Positions 1 to 10,333 of a stretch of DNA of 64,000 nt are shown here, piece by piece. The position numbers were made by a program, and so were the translations under genes. The stretch is from an uncultured Chloroflexia bacterium. GTDB lineage: Bacteria > Chloroflexota > Limnocylindria > QHBO01. The notes below the pieces were generated by a model. The model was not told the DNA's origin, did no database searches, and worked only from the letters and a program-made list of their open reading frames with translations. Each line of letters starts with the position of its first letter. Positions within the stretch are counted from its first letter, which is position 1. The DNA lies in NCBI GenBank assembly GCA_963773405.1, contig CAVZAQ010000011.1, forward strand, positions 171,684 through 235,683, written 5' to 3'.

Positions 1-1
1 C

Positions 2-235
2 CGGGCACCTGGGAGGCGCAGCTACGAGGCCTGGGCCGCCGACGGTGACCGGGGCGTGGCGATCGGGACCAGCCGATACCTCGACGGCAGCTCGCAGGCG
101 GGCGAGACCTACCACAACGTCTTTCGGATAGAGCTGGCGCCGGACGGCCGCTGCCGCTCCTTCGTCGAGCACTGGATGCTCGAAGAGCCCGACGAGCGTC
201 CGGACGATGCGCGAACGGAGAGCCTGACGCCGTGA
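2..235 (+). CDS. 3' end of an NTF2/SnoaL-like fold protein gene (5' end outside window)
   Basis: The frame is open from the window edge to TGA 233-235, with G/C-rich third codon positions. The tail '...[29 protein letters not shown]' resembles SnoaL/NTF2-like C-termini (motif-level only). The stop overlaps the guaA GTG (GTGA). Confidence 0.35.
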   Translation, partial: RAPGRRSYEAWAADGDRGVAIGTSRYLDGSSQAGETYHNVFRIELAPDGRCRSFVEHWMLEEPDERPDDARTESLTP

Positions 236-1947
236 CCGAGGAGAGGGACCGCCCCGAGCCGGGCCGCCGCGACCGCGGTCGGACCGTCCACGGTGAGGCC
301 GCCAACGCCGGGCACCGCGTCCTGGCACCGGACGACGCCGAGGTCGAGGCCTACCTCGAGACCGCCCTCAACGCCCCCCCGCCGAGCCGTCCCGAGGAGG
401 CCCCGCCGGAGCCGGACACGGTGGTCGTGCTGGACTTCGGATCCCAGTACGCCCAGCTCATCGCCCGGCGGGTCCGCGAGCTGCACGTCTACTCCGAGCT
501 CCTGCCGCACGACACGCCGTGGGCGGAGATCGAGCGTCGGAAGCCGAAGGCCATCATCCTGTCGGGCGGGCCGGCATCGGTCTACGACGAGGGCGCGCCG
601 CAGGCGGATCCGGCCCTGTGGGCGGGGCGGATCCCGGTCCTGGGGATCTGCTACGGGCTGCAGCTCATGGCGCTGCACCTGGGCGGAGAGGTCGCGCCCG
701 CCAGCCGCAGAGAGTACGGGCCGGCATCGGTGACCATCACCGGCGAGGGCGGCCTTTTTGAGGGCATCGAGCGTGAGCAGCCGGTCTGGATGAGCCACGG
801 GGACTCCATCCTGCGGCCGCCCGAGGGCTTCAGCCCCACCGCCCAGACCGATTCGACGCCCTACGCGGGGCTGGCCGACCCGGCGAGGAACCTGTACGGC
901 ATCCAGTTCCACCCCGAGGTGGTCCACACCCCCGTTGGTCGCGAGATCCTGCGCAACTTCATCGTGGGAATCGCCGGCGCTCGACCGACGTGGACATCCG
1001 CGGGCTTCATCGACCAGACGGTGGCCGAGGTCGGCTCCCGGGTTGATGGCGGGAAAGTGATCTGCGCGCTCTCCGGTGGCGTCGACTCTGCCGTTGCCGC
1101 GACCCTGGTGCACCGCGCCATCGGCGACCAGCTGACCTGCATCTACGTCGACCACGGGCTCATGCGCAAGCGCGAGTCGGAGCTCCTCCGTCAGACCTTC
1201 GAGCAGAACCTGGGCATGCGCCTGGTGATGGTCGATGCCCGCGAGCGCTTCCTCCGCCGCCTCGCCGGCGTGACCGATCCCGAGGAGAAGCGCCGGATCA
1301 TTGGCGACGAGTTCATCCGCGTCTTCGAGGAGGAGGCCGCCCGCCTGGGGCAGATCGACTTCCTCGTCCAGGGGACCCTCTACCCAGACGTGATCGAGTC
1401 GAAGACCGCAGAGACCAAGGCCGCGGTGAAGATCAAGACCCACCACAACGTGGGCGGGCTGCCCGCCGACCTGCGCTTCAGCCTCATTGAGCCGCTGCGC
1501 TTCCTCTTCAAGGACGAGGTTCGCCAGGTGGGGACAGAGCTTGGTCTGCCGGAGGCGATGGTCCTGCGCCAGCCCTTCCCGGGGCCGGGGCTCGCCATCC
1601 GGATCATCGGCGAGGTCACCGCCGAGCGGCTCGATACGCTGCGCGATGCGGACTGGATCGTGATCGACGAGATCAAGGCCGCCGGGCTGTATCGGTCCCT
1701 GTGGCAGTCCTTCGCCATCCTGACGCCGGTGCAGACCGTGGGCGTGATGGGCGATGGGCGGACGTATGCCAACGTGGTCGCGATCCGCGCCGTCACCAGC
1801 GACGACGGCATGACCGCCGACTGGGCGCGCCTGCCGTACGAGGTGCTGGCCCGCATCAGCTCTCGGATCGTGAACGAGGTCTCCGGCGTGAACCGGGTCG
1901 TGTACGACATCAGCTCCAAGCCACCCGCCACCATCGAGTGGGAGTAG
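232..1947 (+). CDS. guaA: GMP synthase (glutamine-hydrolysing)
   Basis: 571-aa ORF. GATase part: '[20 protein letters not shown]', '[11 protein letters not shown]', 'GICYGLQLM'. ATP-PPase P-loop '[12 protein letters not shown]'. C-terminal '[11 protein letters not shown]'. About 63 N-terminal residues (Pro/Glu/Arg-rich) are in frame with strong GC3 bias. Alternative start is GTG 421. Confidence 0.95.
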   Translation: MTEERDRPEPGRRDRGRTVHGEAANAGHRVLAPDDAEVEAYLETALNAPPPSRPEEAPPEPDTVVVLDFGSQYAQLIARRVRELHVYSELLPHDTPWAEIERRKPKAIILSGGPASVYDEGAPQADPALWAGRIPVLGICYGLQLMALHLGGEVAPASRREYGPASVTITGEGGLFEGIEREQPVWMSHGDSILRPPEGFSPTAQTDSTPYAGLADPARNLYGIQFHPEVVHTPVGREILRNFIVGIAGARPTWTSAGFIDQTVAEVGSRVDGGKVICALSGGVDSAVAATLVHRAIGDQLTCIYVDHGLMRKRESELLRQTFEQNLGMRLVMVDARERFLRRLAGVTDPEEKRRIIGDEFIRVFEEEAARLGQIDFLVQGTLYPDVIESKTAETKAAVKIKTHHNVGGLPADLRFSLIEPLRFLFKDEVRQVGTELGLPEAMVLRQPFPGPGLAIRIIGEVTAERLDTLRDADWIVIDEIKAAGLYRSLWQSFAILTPVQTVGVMGDGRTYANVVAIRAVTSDDGMTADWARLPYEVLARISSRIVNEVSGVNRVVYDISSKPPATIEWE

Positions 1948-2032
1948 GCGTCGCGCGCCCGGCGATGCGCGCGCACCGGCGGGACGATGACCGGACGGCA
2001 CTCGCAGGGGCGCATGGGCGAGGTGGCAGACC

Positions 2033-2428
2033 GTGCCTGACCCCCTTATCCGCGCGCGACGCGGCCGCCGACGCCTGGTCGCAGCCGGCTGGATCCTGGT
2101 GGTCGCCGGCCCGCTCGTCGCGCTGACCGGGTTGGTGGTGCTGCCCTTCGCCTTCCCGTTCGCGCTGGCCGCCGGCGGTCTGACCCTTCTCGGCGGTCGC
2201 CAGCTCGCCGCGCTTCGCGGGCCTGTATCCGCGCTGTTTGCTGCGGCGATCACACTCCTGGCTGGTCTCGCCACCCTGCTGGGCGCGATCATGGGCGGGC
2301 TGTCAGCGCCCTGGCTCGGCATCATCCTCGGCGCCGTGCTCGTGCTCCTCTCGACGACCTGCCTGGCGATCATGTTCGCGGACGCGGCGCACATGCCCAG
2401 CGGCCCGGGCGAGCGGGCCGGCGAGTAG
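2033..2428 (+). CDS. small hypothetical integral membrane protein (about 4 TM)
   Basis: 131-aa ORF made of four hydrophobic stretches (LVAAGWILVVAGPLVALTGLVVLPFAF...). GTG start is preceded by AGGTGG. No recognisable family. Confidence 0.55.
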   Translation: MPDPLIRARRGRRRLVAAGWILVVAGPLVALTGLVVLPFAFPFALAAGGLTLLGGRQLAALRGPVSALFAAAITLLAGLATLLGAIMGGLSAPWLGIILGAVLVLLSTTCLAIMFADAAHMPSGPGERAGE

Positions 2429-2487
2429 CGGGCGAGCCTCGGACCCCGATTCCCTGCCGTGGAGGGCCGGAGGGTCTAGCATTCGGG

Positions 2488-5400
2488 GTGATGTCCAGCT
2501 GGTTCGACAAGCTTCTCCAGGATCTGCAACGCCGTCAGCAGGAGCAGGACGCCCGTCGGGAGGGTCGTCCGTTGCCGCCCCGGTCGAACGGCGGACCAAC
2601 ACCGGGCACGGGTGAGGACGGTCCAGATCCCGACGACCCGACCCCGATCCGCGGCAGCGGCAGGCGACCGGGAGGCTCGCGACCGGGAGGCTCGCGACCG
2701 GGAGGCTCGCGACCGGGAGGCTCGCGACCGGGAGGCGCCGGCGCCGGCGGCTCGTTCGGAGGTCCGTGGGCTGGCGCGGACTGGAGCGAGTGGGGTGACT
2801 GGAGCCGCTATCGGCGATGGATCCTCATCGGTCTGGGCATCGTGGCGATCGTCGTCCTGCTGGCGCTGGCGGGCGGTGCGGTCGACATCCTCACCGACCT
2901 GCAGTGGTTCAACGCACTCGGCCTCGGCGGCGTGTTCAGCACGCGGCTGGTGGCGCAGGTCGCCTTCTTCGTCCTCGGGTACCTGTTCTTCGCCATTCCG
3001 GCGATCGTCTCCATCCTCGTTGCGCGCCGCATCGCGCCACGCGTGCCGGTGCATCGGATCGCGACGATGGAGCTCCCCGACGCGTCGCGGGCCATCACCA
3101 TCGGCCTCGCCGTCGTGGCATTGCTCATGGCCCTGGTCAGCGCGGCCGCCTGGAGCGGCGAGTGGCAGCAGATCCTCCTCTTCATCAACGGCGGCAGCTT
3201 CGGGACGACGGACCCTCATTTCGGCCACGACATCGGCTTCTACGTCTTTGGCCTGCCGTTCTGGCGCTTCCTCCAGGCCTGGGGCGTCACGTCGCTGATC
3301 GCCATCCTCCTGCTCAGCGCCGGGACCTACGCCGGCGGCGCGCTGCGCTGGCAGTTCCGCCTCACGCGACCTGTGCGGGCCCACCTTGGGATCCTGGGTG
3401 CCCTGCTGCTGCTGGTCACCGCGGCGGGCTACCAGCTGGACATCGCCGAGCTGAGCTACTCGACGCGCGGCATGGGCGCCGGCCTGGTGGGGGCGAGCTT
3501 CACGGACCTCCACGCACAGCAGCCCGCCTACGTGATCCTCACCGTGGTGGCGGTGCTGGCCGCGGTGCTGGTGCTGGCCAACACCTGGTTCCGCACGCTC
3601 TGGCTGCTGGGCATTGCTGCGGCAGGCTGGGTCGTCCTTTCGCTCGCCGTCGGCGGAATCTATCCCGCCTTCGTGCAGAACATCCAGGTGACGCCCAACG
3701 AGCTGTCCCTTGAGCGGCCGCAGATCGCCGCCAACATCAACTCCACCCAGAAGGCGTTCGCGCTGGACACCATCACCCAGAAGACCTTCACGGGGACCCA
3801 GACTCCCACCCGCGCGCTCTTCACGGACAACGCCAAGACACTCCAGAACGTCCGGCTCTGGGATTACCGGCCCCTGCTCGACACCATCAGCCAGACGCAG
3901 AACCTGCGCAGCTACTACCAGTTCCAGGACGTGGATATCGATCGCTACCAGCTCAACAATACGGAGCGCCAGGTGATGATCTCCGGGCGCGAGCTGTCGT
4001 CGTCGGCGGGGCAGACCTGGACCAACGAGCATCTCTTCTTCACCCACGGCTACGGGATCGTCGCCGTCCCGGTCAACGCGGTCACACCCGAGGGGCAGCC
4101 GGACTACCTGGTCAGCGGCATCAACCAGAAGGGGCAGCTCCCGGTGGGCCAGCCCCGGATCTACTTCGGCACCGCGGAGAGCAGCTACGTCCTGACCGGT
4201 ACCCAGACCGCGGAGTTCGACTACCCCGTGGGCGAGAACCAGAACGCGACCACGACCTGGAAGGGCACCACCGGGGTCGGTGTCGGCGGCTTCTTCAACC
4301 GGCTCCTCTACGCCCTGAAGTTCGGCGACTTCAACATGCTGATCAGCAACCAGCTCACCGATAGCTCGCAGATCCTCTACCGGCGCACGCTGCAGGAGCG
4401 GGTCCAGGCCATCGCCCCGTTCCTCAGCTACGACCGCGATCCGTACCTGGTCAGTGCCGAGGGGAAGCTGCTCTGGATCTGGGACGCCTACACCACCTCG
4501 AACCGGTACCCCGACGCCCAGCCGCTCACCGGCAGCCTCTTCCCCGGCCAGAACTACGTGCGCAACAGCGTGAAGGTCGTCATCGACGCCTATGACGGGT
4601 CGATCCGTTTCTACATCGCCGACCCGTCCGATCCCATCGTCAACGCCTGGGCCAGGATCTTCCCGGGCCTCTTCCAGCCCCTCGATGCGATGAGTGCGGA
4701 GCTGCGGGCGCACCTGCGCTACCCCGAGGACCTGTTCACGGCGCAGAACGAGCAGTACCAGCTCTACCACGTCAGCGCCAACGACTCCGGTGCGGAGACC
4801 CTCTACTCCAAGCAGGATCGCTGGGCGCTCGCCACCCAGGGGAACGACGTCTCCGGGCAGTCGCAGGTCGTCGAGCCCTACTACGTGATCATGAAGCTCC
4901 CCGGCGAGAAGGACGCGGAGTTCGTCCTCATCCAGCCGATGGTGACCGCCGGGCGCAACAACATGATCGCCTGGGTCGCAGCCCGCATGGATCCGGGAGT
5001 CTACGGAGAGCGCATCGCCTTCCGCTTCCCGTCAGACACCAGCACCTTCGGTCCCGCCCAGATCCAGTCGCGCATCAACCAGGACAGCACTGTCTCGGCC
5101 CAGTTCACGCTCTGGTCACAGGCCGGATCGAGCGTGGTGCGGGGCAACCTTCTGGTCCTGCCCATGGGTGACTCGATCATCTACGTGGAGCCCATCTTCC
5201 TGAAGTCCACGTCGACCTCGCAGCCGGAGTTCAAGCGGGTGATCCTGGCGACCCAGAGCAAGGTCGCCTTCGCCGACACCCTCGACCAGGCGCTCTCCCA
5301 GATCCTGGGCGAGGCCAGCGTGCCGCCGCCGGAGGGCGGCGGGGGCACCGGTGGCGGGACCCTTCCCGCGGATGCACCGGGACTGGTTGCCCAGGCGCGG

Positions 5401-5574
5401 CAGCTGTACGCCGATGCCCAGACGGCGCTCAGGGCCGGAGACCTTGGCACCTACCAGGCCAAGATCGACGAGATGAACCAGGTCCTGCAGGCGCTGGCCC
5501 AGCTGGTAGGCACGCCGGCCCCTTCGCCCAGCGCGTCGCCCGGAGCCTCGGTCGCGCCGTCAGCGTCCCCGTAG
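2488..5574 (+). CDS. UPF0182 family polytopic membrane protein with long N-terminal extension
   Basis: 1028-aa uninterrupted ORF. It has an N-terminal TM bundle and a large extracytoplasmic domain. Family-typical stretches include 'YPAFVQNIQVTPNELSLERPQIAANINSTQKAF', 'NVRLWDYRPL' and 'YYVIMKLPGE'. The first ~110 aa (coiled/low complexity, RPGGS repeats) are extra. Confidence 0.85.
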   Translation: MMSSWFDKLLQDLQRRQQEQDARREGRPLPPRSNGGPTPGTGEDGPDPDDPTPIRGSGRRPGGSRPGGSRPGGSRPGGSRPGGAGAGGSFGGPWAGADWSEWGDWSRYRRWILIGLGIVAIVVLLALAGGAVDILTDLQWFNALGLGGVFSTRLVAQVAFFVLGYLFFAIPAIVSILVARRIAPRVPVHRIATMELPDASRAITIGLAVVALLMALVSAAAWSGEWQQILLFINGGSFGTTDPHFGHDIGFYVFGLPFWRFLQAWGVTSLIAILLLSAGTYAGGALRWQFRLTRPVRAHLGILGALLLLVTAAGYQLDIAELSYSTRGMGAGLVGASFTDLHAQQPAYVILTVVAVLAAVLVLANTWFRTLWLLGIAAAGWVVLSLAVGGIYPAFVQNIQVTPNELSLERPQIAANINSTQKAFALDTITQKTFTGTQTPTRALFTDNAKTLQNVRLWDYRPLLDTISQTQNLRSYYQFQDVDIDRYQLNNTERQVMISGRELSSSAGQTWTNEHLFFTHGYGIVAVPVNAVTPEGQPDYLVSGINQKGQLPVGQPRIYFGTAESSYVLTGTQTAEFDYPVGENQNATTTWKGTTGVGVGGFFNRLLYALKFGDFNMLISNQLTDSSQILYRRTLQERVQAIAPFLSYDRDPYLVSAEGKLLWIWDAYTTSNRYPDAQPLTGSLFPGQNYVRNSVKVVIDAYDGSIRFYIADPSDPIVNAWARIFPGLFQPLDAMSAELRAHLRYPEDLFTAQNEQYQLYHVSANDSGAETLYSKQDRWALATQGNDVSGQSQVVEPYYVIMKLPGEKDAEFVLIQPMVTAGRNNMIAWVAARMDPGVYGERIAFRFPSDTSTFGPAQIQSRINQDSTVSAQFTLWSQAGSSVVRGNLLVLPMGDSIIYVEPIFLKSTSTSQPEFKRVILATQSKVAFADTLDQALSQILGEASVPPPEGGGGTGGGTLPADAPGLVAQARQLYADAQTALRAGDLGTYQAKIDEMNQVLQALAQLVGTPAPSPSASPGASVAPSASP
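2665..2736 (+). repeat. 15-bp perfect tandem repeat (cgaccgggaggctcg x about 4.7) encoding (RPGGS)n
   Basis: Read directly: four identical 15-mers plus a partial fifth. The unit length is a multiple of 3 and the repeat is in frame inside the UPF0182 N-terminus. Confidence 0.9.
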
Positions 5575-5579
5575 CCGCA

Positions 5580-6908
5580 ATGCGCGGCCTGGAGATCCTG
5601 GTCCTGGGCGGCGGCGGCCGGGAGCACGCCCTCGCCTGGCGTCTCGCCCGCGATCCGGACGTCGGGCAGGGTCCGCGTCGCCCCGGGCAACGGCGGCACG
5701 GCAGCGGTGGCGGAGACGGTTCCGGACCTGGACCCGTCCGATCCGGTCGCCGTCGCCCGGCACGCGTCGCGCGAGCGGTACGACCTGGTGGTGATCGGTC
5801 CGGAGGCACCCCTGGCAGCCGGAGTGAGTGATGCGCTGGCGCCAGGCATCCATCCCGGTCTTCGGCCCCACACGCGGGGCGGCGCGCCTCGAGTCGTCCA
5901 AGGCCTACGCCAAGCAGCAGATGGGCCGCGCCGGCGTGGTCACCGCCGCGTGGCGCACCTGCACCACGGTGGCCGAGGCGCTGGAGCATGCGAGGACGCT
6001 CGACGCGGAGGGGCGTCGCCTGGTCGTGAAGGCGGACTGGCTCGCGGCCGGCAAGGGCGTGGTGGTCCCCGAAGACCTTGCCGCGACCGAGACCGCGATC
6101 CACGACCTGCTGGACGGCGCGCGGCCCGGTGCGCAGCTGGTCCTGGAAGAGCGGCTCACCGGGCGCGAGGTCTCCGTCTTTGCCCTGGTGAGCGGCACCG
6201 AGGTGGTTCCCATTGGCGCGGCCTGCGACTACAAGCGCCTGGGCGATGGCGATACCGGGCCGAACACCGGTGGGATGGGCGCCTATGCGCCGGTGCCGTG
6301 GTTCGGTGCCGACGCACTCGACGAGGCGGTCGCCAGCGTCTTCGAGCCGATTGCCTGGCTGCAGGCTCGCGACGGCCACCCCTACCGGGGCGTGCTCTAC
6401 GCCGGCCTGATGCTCACCGACGCCGGCCCGTCCGTGCTGGAGTTCAATGCGCGCTTCGGCGACCCCGAGGCGCAGGTGCTGCTGCCCCTGCTCGACGGCG
6501 ATCTGGCCGCCGCGCTGCGCGGAGCTGCCACCGGGGATCGGTCCGCCATGACCGAGTCGATCGGCATGCGGCCGGGCGCCGCGGTCGGGGTCGTCGTCGC
6601 CTCCGAGGGTTACCCCGAGCAACCGGTCACCGGCCGCCCGCCTGGGCGGCGCGGATCCTTCGTCGGCGGCCGACGATGGCGAGCTGCTCTGCTTCCATGC
6701 CGCCACGGCGCGCGATGGGGCCGGGTACGTGGCGACCGGCGGACGCGTCGTCACCATGGTCGGGCGCGGGCCCGACCTGGGCGCCGCGCGGGCGGCCGCC
6801 TACCGCGGCGCCGCGGGCTGCTCCCTCGAGGGAAGCCACCTTCGCTCCGACATCGCCCTCCGCGAGGTGGCCGCGCAATCGGCGCAGGGAGGGCCTCCGG
6901 CACGCTAG
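5580..6908 (+). pseudogene. purD: phosphoribosylamine-glycine ligase, frame-disrupted (three +1 shifts)
   Basis: The PurD sequence is split over three frames. 'MRGLEILVLGGGGREHALAWRLA' (frame of 5580) is followed by 'VRVAPGNGGTA...YDLVVIGPEAPLAAGVSDAL' (shift ~5669). Next comes 'IPVFGPTRGAARLESSKAYAKQQM...EFNARFGDPEAQ' (shift ~5840). The last piece is 'DGELLCFHAATARDGAGYVATGGRVVTMVG...' (shift ~6640), ending at TAG 6906-6908. Confidence 0.85.
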
Positions 6909-7396
6909 TCCGTGGCGTCGCCGTGGATCGGCGGGCTCGCTGGCGCGTCGCCGAGGATGGCCACGATCCGCTGCTCCAGGCCGAGGATCCGCTCCTCGAG
7001 CGCGGCGACGTGCTTGAGGATCTCGCGGTTCCCCTCGAGGAGGTCAACGTTCTGCCCCTCCTCCAGGTCTGCCTCGGCGGCCGCGTGCTCCAGCGTCAGC
7101 CGGTCACGCTGGGCCGACCGGTTGCCGGCCAGCAGGATGAGCGGGGCGGCGTAGGCGGCCTGGGTCGAGAAGGCCAGGTTGAGGAGGATGAACGGGTACG
7201 GGTCGAAATGGAACAGGAGGTAGATGTTCCCGACGAGCCAGACCAACACGATGACGGTCTGCAGGATGATGAAGCGCCAGCTCCCCATGAAGCTGGTCAC
7301 GGCGTCGGCGATCCTGGCCCCAAGCGGCGCATCGTCGATCATGGCCCGGTTGACCGGGTGGCGGCTGCGGTGTGACCGGTGGCTGGAATGGCTCAC
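6905..7396 (-). CDS. DUF1003 family membrane protein
   Basis: 'GSWRFIILQTVIVLVWLVGN...FDPYPFILLNLAFSTQAAYAAPLILLAGNRSAQRD' followed by a C-terminal coiled segment. Likely start is GTG 7396 (GAGG 10 nt upstream); the listed ORF extends to 7528. The stop overlaps the purD stop at a CTAG. Confidence 0.75.
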   Translation of the reverse strand: MSHSSHRSHRSRHPVNRAMIDDAPLGARIADAVTSFMGSWRFIILQTVIVLVWLVGNIYLLFHFDPYPFILLNLAFSTQAAYAAPLILLAGNRSAQRDRLTLEHAAAEADLEEGQNVDLLEGNREILKHVAALEERILGLEQRIVAILGDAPASPPIHGDATD

Positions 7397-7488
7397 GGCG
7401 CGAAACCTCGTGTGCTCGGTCCGAGCTCGGGGTGCCCGGGCGGGACGGGCCGGTACCGGCACCATCGTAGTGGCTATCCTTAGCGCCG

Positions 7489-7986
7489 ATGGCCCCCGCT
7501 CCTCTCGTCGCGGTGATCTGCGGCTCACGCTCCGACCTCCCGACCCTGCGCGGCTGCTTCGACGTGCTCGACCGGTACGGGATCGACTGGGAGGCGAGCG
7601 TCATCAGTGCCCACCGCCAGCCCGAGTCCCTGGCCGCCTACGTCCGCGAGGCCGAGGCGGGCGGCGTCCGCGTCTTCATCGCGGCGGCCGGGCTGGCCGC
7701 CCATCTCCCCGGCGTCCTTGCCTCGATGACCGCGCTGCCGGTGATCGGCATCCCGCTCGATGGAGGCGCCCTCGGCGGGGCCGATGCGCTCTACGCGGTG
7801 GTCCAGATGCCGCCCGGCGTCCCGGTGGCGACCGTCGCCATCGGCTCCGCGGGCGCGAAGAATGCCGGGCATCTCGCGGCTCGCATCCTGGCCCTTGCGG
7901 ACGAGGGACTGGCGCAGCGGGTCGCGTCGTTCCGCGAGGAGCAGGCCGGTGGAGCAGCTCTGCGGATCGACCCGCGGGCCGGCTGA
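7489..7986 (+). CDS. purE: 5-(carboxyamino)imidazole ribonucleotide mutase
   Basis: 165 aa with 'VAVICGSRSDLPT', 'SAHRQPE' and 'FIAAAGLAAHLPGVLASMTALPVIGIP'. No purK lies in the window. Confidence 0.95.
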   Translation: MAPAPLVAVICGSRSDLPTLRGCFDVLDRYGIDWEASVISAHRQPESLAAYVREAEAGGVRVFIAAAGLAAHLPGVLASMTALPVIGIPLDGGALGGADALYAVVQMPPGVPVATVAIGSAGAKNAGHLAARILALADEGLAQRVASFREEQAGGAALRIDPRAG

Positions 7987-8024
7987 GCGCCTGAACGCGT
8001 GAGCATGCAGCGGATGCACTCCGC

Positions 8025-9341
8025 ATGATCGACCGCTACGCACTCCCCGAGCTGCGCGCCGCGTTCGGCGAGCAGCGCAAGCTCGAGCTCTGGCTGCGCA
8101 TCGAGCTGCTGGTCGTCGAGGCGCTCCACGACGCCGGCGTCGTCCCGGCCGACGACTGGGAGCGGATCCGCGCCGCCACGGCCGACGGGGCGGTCGATAC
8201 GGAGCGCGCGCATGCCATCGAGCGCGAGAGCCAGCACGACGTCATTGCCTTCCTGCGCTCGGTCACGGAGCGCCTGGGGCCGGAGGGGCGCTGGCTCCAC
8301 TACGGCCTGACCAGCTCCGACGTCCTCGACACGGCGACCGCCGTCCAGCTGCGGGACGCCGCCGGGGTCGTCGAGACGGAGCTCGCCCGCCTGGCGGAGG
8401 TGGTGCATCGTCTTGCGCTCCAGTACCGCGCCACGCCCATGGTTGGACGTTCCCACGGGATCCACGCCGAGCCAATCACCTTTGGCTTCAAGGCCGCGGG
8501 CTGGTATGCGGAGCTGCGCCGCGACGCAGAGCGCCTCGCCCGGGCCCGCGACGGGATCGCGGTGGGCACCATCTCGGGCGCGGTTGGCACGCACGCGAAC
8601 ATCAGCGGCACGGTCGAGGCCTTTGTCCTGGGCGAGCTGGGCCTCCGCCCCGATCCGGCGCCGACCCAGGTGGTGAGTCGTGACCGGCACGCGGAGCTGC
8701 TCGCGACCCTGGCGATCCTGGGCGGCACGCTCGAGCGCATCGCCACCGAGATCCGGCACCTGCAGCGCACGGAGGTTGGCGAGGCTTTCGAGCCGTTCGG
8801 TGTCGGCCAGCAGGGCTCATCTGCCATGCCGCACAAGCGCAACCCGGTGCTCGCCGAGCGGGTGACCGGCCTTGCCCGCCTGCTGCGCGCCGATGCTCTG
8901 GTGGGCTTCGAGAACATGGCGCTCTGGCACGAGCGCGACATCAGCCACAGCTCGACGGAGCGCTTCGTCTTCGAGCGCGCCCTGGGCGTGGCGGCCTACG
9001 CCACCCGGACCACCGCCGACATCCTCGACGGGCTCGAGGTCGATGCCGATCGGATGCTCGCCAACCTGCAGCTCCTCGGCGGCATGGTCTACTCCGAGGC
9101 GCTCCTCCTGCGGATGGTCGCCAAGGGCGCCGATCGGCAGGCCGCGTATCGGCTGGTCCAGGGTGCCGCGAAGCAGGCCTGGGCCGGGAACCAACCGTTC
9201 CGAGACGCCCTGCTGGCCGATCCCGGCGTCGCCGAGTGGCTCACCGTCGGCGAGATCGGGGAGGCGATGGATCTGGACCATCACCTGGCCGGGATCGCCG
9301 TCACCTACCGCTCGCTGGGCCTGGACGACTCCGACGGCTAG
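8025..9341 (+). CDS. purB: adenylosuccinate lyase
   Basis: 438-aa intact ORF. 'MIDRYALPELRAAFGEQRKLELWLRIE', 'LTSSDVLDTA', 'GSSAMPHKRNP' (fumarate-lyase signature). Confidence 0.95.
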   Translation: MIDRYALPELRAAFGEQRKLELWLRIELLVVEALHDAGVVPADDWERIRAATADGAVDTERAHAIERESQHDVIAFLRSVTERLGPEGRWLHYGLTSSDVLDTATAVQLRDAAGVVETELARLAEVVHRLALQYRATPMVGRSHGIHAEPITFGFKAAGWYAELRRDAERLARARDGIAVGTISGAVGTHANISGTVEAFVLGELGLRPDPAPTQVVSRDRHAELLATLAILGGTLERIATEIRHLQRTEVGEAFEPFGVGQQGSSAMPHKRNPVLAERVTGLARLLRADALVGFENMALWHERDISHSSTERFVFERALGVAAYATRTTADILDGLEVDADRMLANLQLLGGMVYSEALLLRMVAKGADRQAAYRLVQGAAKQAWAGNQPFRDALLADPGVAEWLTVGEIGEAMDLDHHLAGIAVTYRSLGLDDSDG

Positions 9342-9426
9342 TCCCGCGCTCGACCACCAGCACCCCGGGAGGCAATGGCCGGCACCCCGCGACGGATGGG
9401 CGCGCAACGCGCTGTCCGCCGCGGCC

Positions 9427-10333
9427 ATGGCAGCCGACCGCGCAGAGCTGTGGGTGCCGGCCGGCCTGGCCTCGGTCAGCCTTCCTGGGCTGGCTCCCCT
9501 TCCTGCTGGCCGTGGTGACCATCCCGACGCCTGGTGATCTCGCTTTCTTCGGGGCGGGCCTGGCCACCTCGGGGAGCTACCCGCTCAACGTCGTCCTGCT
9601 GGTCGGATCCGCGGGCCTGGTCGTCACGGCGGCCTCGATCCTCGTCGCGAGCGGGGAGGCCGCACTGCAGCGGGCGATTGACGGCGTGCTGCGACGTGAC
9701 GCGCCCGCGCGCTCCCTCGACGACGCGGCCGCACGCCTGTGGGTCGTCCAGCTCGTCGCGGCCCTGCCGGCCCTCGTCGCGCTGGGGATGACCGTGCTGG
9801 GGATCGTGGCCGTGGCACCCGGCGAGTACCAGTCGCCGGACATTGGCGGACCGCTGCTCGTCCGCATCGCGCGAGACGTCTGGCCGCAGCTCCTGGTCAG
9901 CGCGATTGCCGCGGTGGCCGGCGTGGCCTTCGGGGCATCCGCGCAACGTGCCGCGGTCAGTGTGCCGCACCGCTCGCTCGCCGCCGCGATCGCCGCCGGA
10001 GCGCGCGCGGTGGTCGCGCATCCGCTACGCCGGTTGGGGCTGGCGGCCACCACGCTCGCGGTCCTCGTTGCCTGGCTGGCGGCGACGTGGTTCCTCCTGG
10101 CTCTGCTCTGGCGACCGATCGGGCGGGCCGTGGCCGGCGGACAGCTTGGCGAGGCCTGGATGCCGCTCCTGCTGGTAGGCTTCGTGGCGATCTGGCTATG
10201 CCTCGTCGTGGCCGGCGGGGCGCTGCACGGATGGGCATCGGCCTGGTGGTCGCTCGAGCTTTCGGGGCTCGGCCCGGGGAAACCGGGGACGGCGGACGGG
10301 CCATCACAGGAGACGGATCGTCGGTGGAGCTGA
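9427..10333 (+). CDS. hypothetical polytopic membrane protein (probable +1 frame break near 9480)
   Basis: Hydrophobic ORF in the frame of 9236..10333 (FLGWLPFLLAVV..., about 7 TM). That frame has no convincing start after the purB stop. ATG 9427 in the adjacent frame ('MAADRAELWVPAGLASVS') joins smoothly if one base near 9480 is removed. No family recognised. Confidence 0.4.

Noticed and set aside
232-420. The guaA 5' extension might be non-coding leader, with the true start at GTG 421.
   Set aside because: Codons 232-420 show the same strong G/C third-position bias as the rest of the gene, and the GTG overlaps the upstream stop (GTGA). I kept 232 as the start and noted 421 as the alternative.
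109-2394. Very long ORFs antisense to clear genes: 109..2394(-), 2476..4770(-), 12554..14473(-), 14058..15860(-), 21194..24013(-), 33113..35869(-), 35428..38346(-), 42491..44395(+), 44941..47355(+), 48348..50213(-).
   Set aside because: These are the shadow ORFs typical of very GC-rich DNA. Their translations are Arg/Pro/Gly/Ala-rich with no family motifs. The opposite strand or another frame carries unmistakable conserved proteins with the G/C-rich third-position pattern.
2665-2736. The short perfect direct repeats could be a CRISPR array.
   Set aside because: The units are contiguous with no spacers, only 15 bp long, and sit in frame within a coding region. This is a coding tandem repeat.
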